A stretch of 64,000 nucleotides of DNA, from the NCBI GenBank assembly GCA_050251945.1, contig JBFWLW010000006.1:64001-128000 (forward strand), read 5' to 3'. Each line of letters opens with the position of its first letter. The first letter of the stretch is position 1. Of this stretch, positions 60,643 through 64,000 are shown piece after piece. The notes beneath the pieces were generated by a model. It was not told the origin of the DNA. It did no database searches and was given only the letters and a program-made list of their open reading frames with translations. The DNA is from Deferribacterales bacterium (GTDB taxonomy: Bacteria > Chrysiogenota > Deferribacteres > Deferribacterales > Geovibrionaceae). Position numbers and translations under genes: made by a program.

Positions 60643-61697
60643 TCTGGTTCGACCTTGTTACGCCGAAATCCGTTATGTTCTTCCGCCCCTTTATAGAGGG
60701 CATAAAGGCGCGCGGCAAAACCGTTCTCGTCACTGCACGCGAAGGAGACGGCTATAAAGAGGTGGTTGACCTGCTCAACCTCTATAAAATCGAGTTCGTG
60801 AACCGCGGATACTTCGGCGGTGCGAATCTCGGAGACAAACTTAAGGCATCAATTCACCGCCAACTTGCGCTGATGGAATACATCGAAAAATGCAGTATAA
60901 CCAAGCTGGTCTGCCTTTGCAGCGTGGACGCCAACCGCGTTGCTTTCGGGCTTGGTATACCGATAATCAATTTTTACGACATCCCCCTTTCAGACCATAC
61001 GGCAAATTTCCGCAAAGCTCTGCCGCAGGCAAGGCTCACGCTGCCCCTTTCAACAAAGGCGTTCAGACCGTACATGGTACCGCAGAGCATTTTCGAGCGC
61101 TTCTCGCTGGAACCGGAACAGATATTCTCATACAATTTTCTCGACGTCGTGGCATGGCTCCACGACTTTGAGCCGGATATCAACTTTTTCAGAGACTTTC
61201 TGAAATCCCGCGGACTGGACACGAACAAAAAAACAATTGTGGTGCGCGAGGAAGAGTTTAAGGCGTCATACGTAGGGAAAAAATATCCGGTGCTTTACGA
61301 AGGGCTTGAGCTGATAAAAGAAAAAATGAACGTCAACATCGTCCTTATCCCCAGATATGAGGCGGAGCCACTTAAAGCGATGTTTCCCTATGCCACAGTT
61401 CTTGAGGAAAAGATGGTTATCCAGCACCTTCTGGCGTTCGCCGACCTTTTCATCGGCGGCGGCGGAACGCTTAACTCAGAGGCGTGCTACTTCGGCACAC
61501 CCGTAATATCCACCCGTTCGTTTATCTCCCACTATGACAAACTGCTGATTGACAGCTCGCTCATGGAAAAAGCGGACACAGCGGAAGAGCTTCTTGAAAA
61601 AGCACAGCAGATAATATCAAAACGCCATGATCCGAAACCGCTGTTCGATACCATGTCTTTTGATATGGACAGCATTATTGAGGAGATACTTAAGTAA
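60639..61697 (+). CDS. DUF354-like GT-B fold protein
   Basis: IWFDLVTPK, VTAR, AFGLGIP and DLFIGGGGTLNSEA..GTPVIS motifs. Confidence 0.8.
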   Translation: MIWFDLVTPKSVMFFRPFIEGIKARGKTVLVTAREGDGYKEVVDLLNLYKIEFVNRGYFGGANLGDKLKASIHRQLALMEYIEKCSITKLVCLCSVDANRVAFGLGIPIINFYDIPLSDHTANFRKALPQARLTLPLSTKAFRPYMVPQSIFERFSLEPEQIFSYNFLDVVAWLHDFEPDINFFRDFLKSRGLDTNKKTIVVREEEFKASYVGKKYPVLYEGLELIKEKMNVNIVLIPRYEAEPLKAMFPYATVLEEKMVIQHLLAFADLFIGGGGTLNSEACYFGTPVISTRSFISHYDKLLIDSSLMEKADTAEELLEKAQQIISKRHDPKPLFDTMSFDMDSIIEEILK

Positions 61698-61903
61698 TGT
61701 TTACGGAAACGAATATCCGCTCCATCCTGAAAGCCGTTTCATGGCGGTTCTTCGGAACCATGACAACTATCATAATAGTCTATGTTATGTTCAAACGGCT
61801 TGATGTCGCCATTTTCACAGGACTTCTGGAAACCGTATCCAAGATAGCTCTGTATTTTGTTCATGAACGCATCTGGAACAAAATACCCGTCGGAAAGCAG
61901 TAA
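61697..61903 (+). CDS. DUF2061-like small membrane protein
   Basis: [10 protein letters not shown] ... LYFVHERIW pattern. Confidence 0.8.
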   Translation: MFTETNIRSILKAVSWRFFGTMTTIIIVYVMFKRLDVAIFTGLLETVSKIALYFVHERIWNKIPVGKQ

Positions 61904-62796
61904 TGGATCTTTCATATCTGGACAGGCTGGAGGCGGAAAGCATACACATAATCCGCGAAGCCGCGGCAGAAGCGCAAAAACCGGTCATGCTCTATTCCAT
62001 AGGAAAAGATTCGTCCGTGATGCTTCATCTCGCCATGAAAGCGTTTCATCCGGCAAAACTTCCTTTCCCCGTCATGCACGTTGACACCAAATGGAAATTC
62101 CGCGAAATGATATCTTTCCGCGACGAAACGGCAAAACGTCTGGGGCTTGATCTTATCGTATACACAAACCCCGAAGGTCTGGAAAAAGATATCAATCCTT
62201 TCATACACGGCAGCAAACTGCATACGGACATAATGAAGACCGATGCGCTGAAGCAGGCGCTTAACATGCACGGATTCGATATGATATTCGGAGGCGCAAG
62301 GCGCGACGAGGAAAAATCCAGAGCGAAAGAACGCATCTTCTCTTTCAGAGACTCAAACCACAGGTGGGATCCGAAAAATCAGCGTCCCGAACTCTGGGGA
62401 CATTACAATACAAAGCTGAACAAAGGCGAAAGCCTCCGCGTGTTTCCGCTTTCAAACTGGACAGAGCTTGACGTCTGGTTCTATATCCTTCGGGAGAAGA
62501 TTCCGGTCGTTCCGCTGTATCTGGCGAAAGAACGCCCCGTTGCCGACGTTGACGGAGTTCTCATCATGGCAGACGACGGCAGGATGCCAAAACAATACAA
62601 TATCACTATGAAATCGGTGCGTTTCCGCACACTTGGCTGTTATCCGCTGACGGGTGCTGTACCCTCAGAGGCTTCCACTCTTGAGCAGGTTATCGAAGAG
62701 ATGATGATGTCCACCCTTTCGGAACGGCAGGGACGGATAATCGACTTTGACCAGTCAGGCGCTATGGAAAAAAAGAAGACGGAAGGCTACTTTTAA
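61903..62796 (+). CDS. cysD: Sulfate adenylyltransferase subunit 2
   Basis: [33 protein letters not shown] and RFRTLGC motifs. Confidence 0.97.
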   Translation: MDLSYLDRLEAESIHIIREAAAEAQKPVMLYSIGKDSSVMLHLAMKAFHPAKLPFPVMHVDTKWKFREMISFRDETAKRLGLDLIVYTNPEGLEKDINPFIHGSKLHTDIMKTDALKQALNMHGFDMIFGGARRDEEKSRAKERIFSFRDSNHRWDPKNQRPELWGHYNTKLNKGESLRVFPLSNWTELDVWFYILREKIPVVPLYLAKERPVADVDGVLIMADDGRMPKQYNITMKSVRFRTLGCYPLTGAVPSEASTLEQVIEEMMMSTLSERQGRIIDFDQSGAMEKKKTEGYF

Positions 62797-64000
62797 TGAG
62801 CAGACTTGAAGAATACATGGCAAAGGATGCGGCGAAACAGATGCTGCGGTTCATAACCTGCGGAAGTATCGACGACGGAAAGAGCACGCTGATAGGCAGA
62901 CTGCTGCACGAATGCAGGGCAGTTTACGACGACCAGATGGCGGCTGTCGTAAAAGACAGCAAAACATCCGGCACAACAGGCGACGAACCCGATCTGGCGC
63001 TTATAGTCGACGGACTGCTGGCGGAACGCGAACAGGGCATAACAATAGACGTTGCTCACCGCTATTTCTCCACATCAAAAAGAAAGTTCATAATTCTCGA
63101 CACCCCCGGACATGAGCAGTATACCCGCAACATGGCAACAGGTGCATCAAACGCAGACCTCGCCGTGATACTTATAGACGCACTGAAAGGCATCAGCCCC
63201 CAGACCGTACGCCATTCCTATATAGTCAAACTCATGGGAATCAAAAACGCAGTTGTCTGTATAAATAAGATGGACGCAAAAGGCTACAGCAAAGATATTT
63301 TCGATAAGATAGCCGGAGATTATGCAAAAACAGCCGATAAAATAGGTCTGTCTTACAGAATAATTCCCGTTTCAGCCCTTAAAGGCGACAACGTGACATC
63401 AAAAAGCGATAAAATGCCATGGTACGACGGCGAGAGCCTTATCGAAATTCTGGAAAGCGCTGAACCCGATGCGCCTTCATCTCACGGTCATCTGAGACTT
63501 CCCATACAATACGTTCTGCGCCCCGACAAAACTTTTCGCGGTTTCTGCGGACGTATCGAATCCGGCGGCATCAGCACAGGAGACAGTATCACCGTTCTGC
63601 CGTCCGGCGTGTCCACCCGCATCAAATCAATCTCAATCGGCGGCAGAAATGTTGAAACCGCTTCCGCTCCGCTTTCAGTGACATTCACAACCGAAGACGA
63701 AGTGGACATAAGCCGCGGAGACATGATAGTTCATGACAAAAAATCCGTCCTGTTCGGAAGCGGGTATACCGCAAACCTTATCTGGATGGATTCCGAGCCG
63801 CTGAAACTCAATTCGCGCTATATTCTGAAATGTGCGGCTGGAAGTATAGGCGCTCATATAAACACCATCTTCAGCAGAACGGACATATCGACACTGAACA
63901 GCGAACCCGCATCGTCACTCGGCATAAACGACCTTGCGTCGGCGGGCATTTCTCTGGACGCTTCCAGACCGTTCGACACCTACGACATGTGCCGCGCAAC
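62796..64000 (+). CDS. cysN: Sulfate adenylyltransferase subunit 1 (GTPase), partial; runs off window
   Basis: Hand translation from ATG at 62796: MSRLEEY..LRFITCGSIDDGKSTLIGRLL..DGLLAEREQGITIDVA..DTPGHEQYTRNMATGAS..NKMD. Confidence 0.95.
   Translation, partial: MSRLEEYMAKDAAKQMLRFITCGSIDDGKSTLIGRLLHECRAVYDDQMAAVVKDSKTSGTTGDEPDLALIVDGLLAEREQGITIDVAHRYFSTSKRKFIILDTPGHEQYTRNMATGASNADLAVILIDALKGISPQTVRHSYIVKLMGIKNAVVCINKMDAKGYSKDIFDKIAGDYAKTADKIGLSYRIIPVSALKGDNVTSKSDKMPWYDGESLIEILESAEPDAPSSHGHLRLPIQYVLRPDKTFRGFCGRIESGGISTGDSITVLPSGVSTRIKSISIGGRNVETASAPLSVTFTTEDEVDISRGDMIVHDKKSVLFGSGYTANLIWMDSEPLKLNSRYILKCAAGSIGAHINTIFSRTDISTLNSEPASSLGINDLASAGISLDASRPFDTYDMCRA

Noticed and set aside
61697..61903. 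Small ORF as a possible RiPP precursor for the SPASM enzymes
   Set aside because: It is a hydrophobic DUF2061-like membrane protein. No peptidase, RRE domain or exporter is seen, and the context is sugar metabolism.

Overview
A 64-kb bacterial chromosomal window. Gene content (lpxC, glnE, iorAB, HQWKQPL-type kinases, recA-pilT-recX) fits a Gram-negative anaerobe, plausibly Deferribacterota; this is an inference and was not verified. The left half (1-34.3 kb) is housekeeping and regulatory: a sixA-CHAD-ppx polyphosphate operon, satP, two tandem solute-binding proteins plus iorAB and paaK, two tandem sensor kinases, ppk2, yajQ, a molybdopterin oxidoreductase, HK-glnE-thiE, a divergent phosphohexomutase, and recA-pilT-recX-rplI-dnaB-lpxC. 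The right half (34.4-64 kb) is a large, strand-switching glycan biosynthesis and modification island. It holds six radical SAM enzymes (one a GT2/B12-radical-SAM fusion), a GT41-like transferase, a split transketolase, four methyltransferases, a mutase, epimerases, a sulfotransferase and cysDN. The best non-annotated signals are: (1) an apparently leaderless Phe/Trp-rich leader peptide with terminator/antiterminator at 4171-4345, implying attenuation control of an aryl-acid uptake/salvage module; (2) a sigma-54, near-leaderless lpxC promoter; (3) a DriD/WYL-like palindrome upstream of recA; (4) a REP-like inverted-dimer repeat family in four copies, one inside a 139-bp MITE-like element with a 17-bp palindromic target duplication. 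I recognised no tRNA, rRNA, CRISPR array or transposase.
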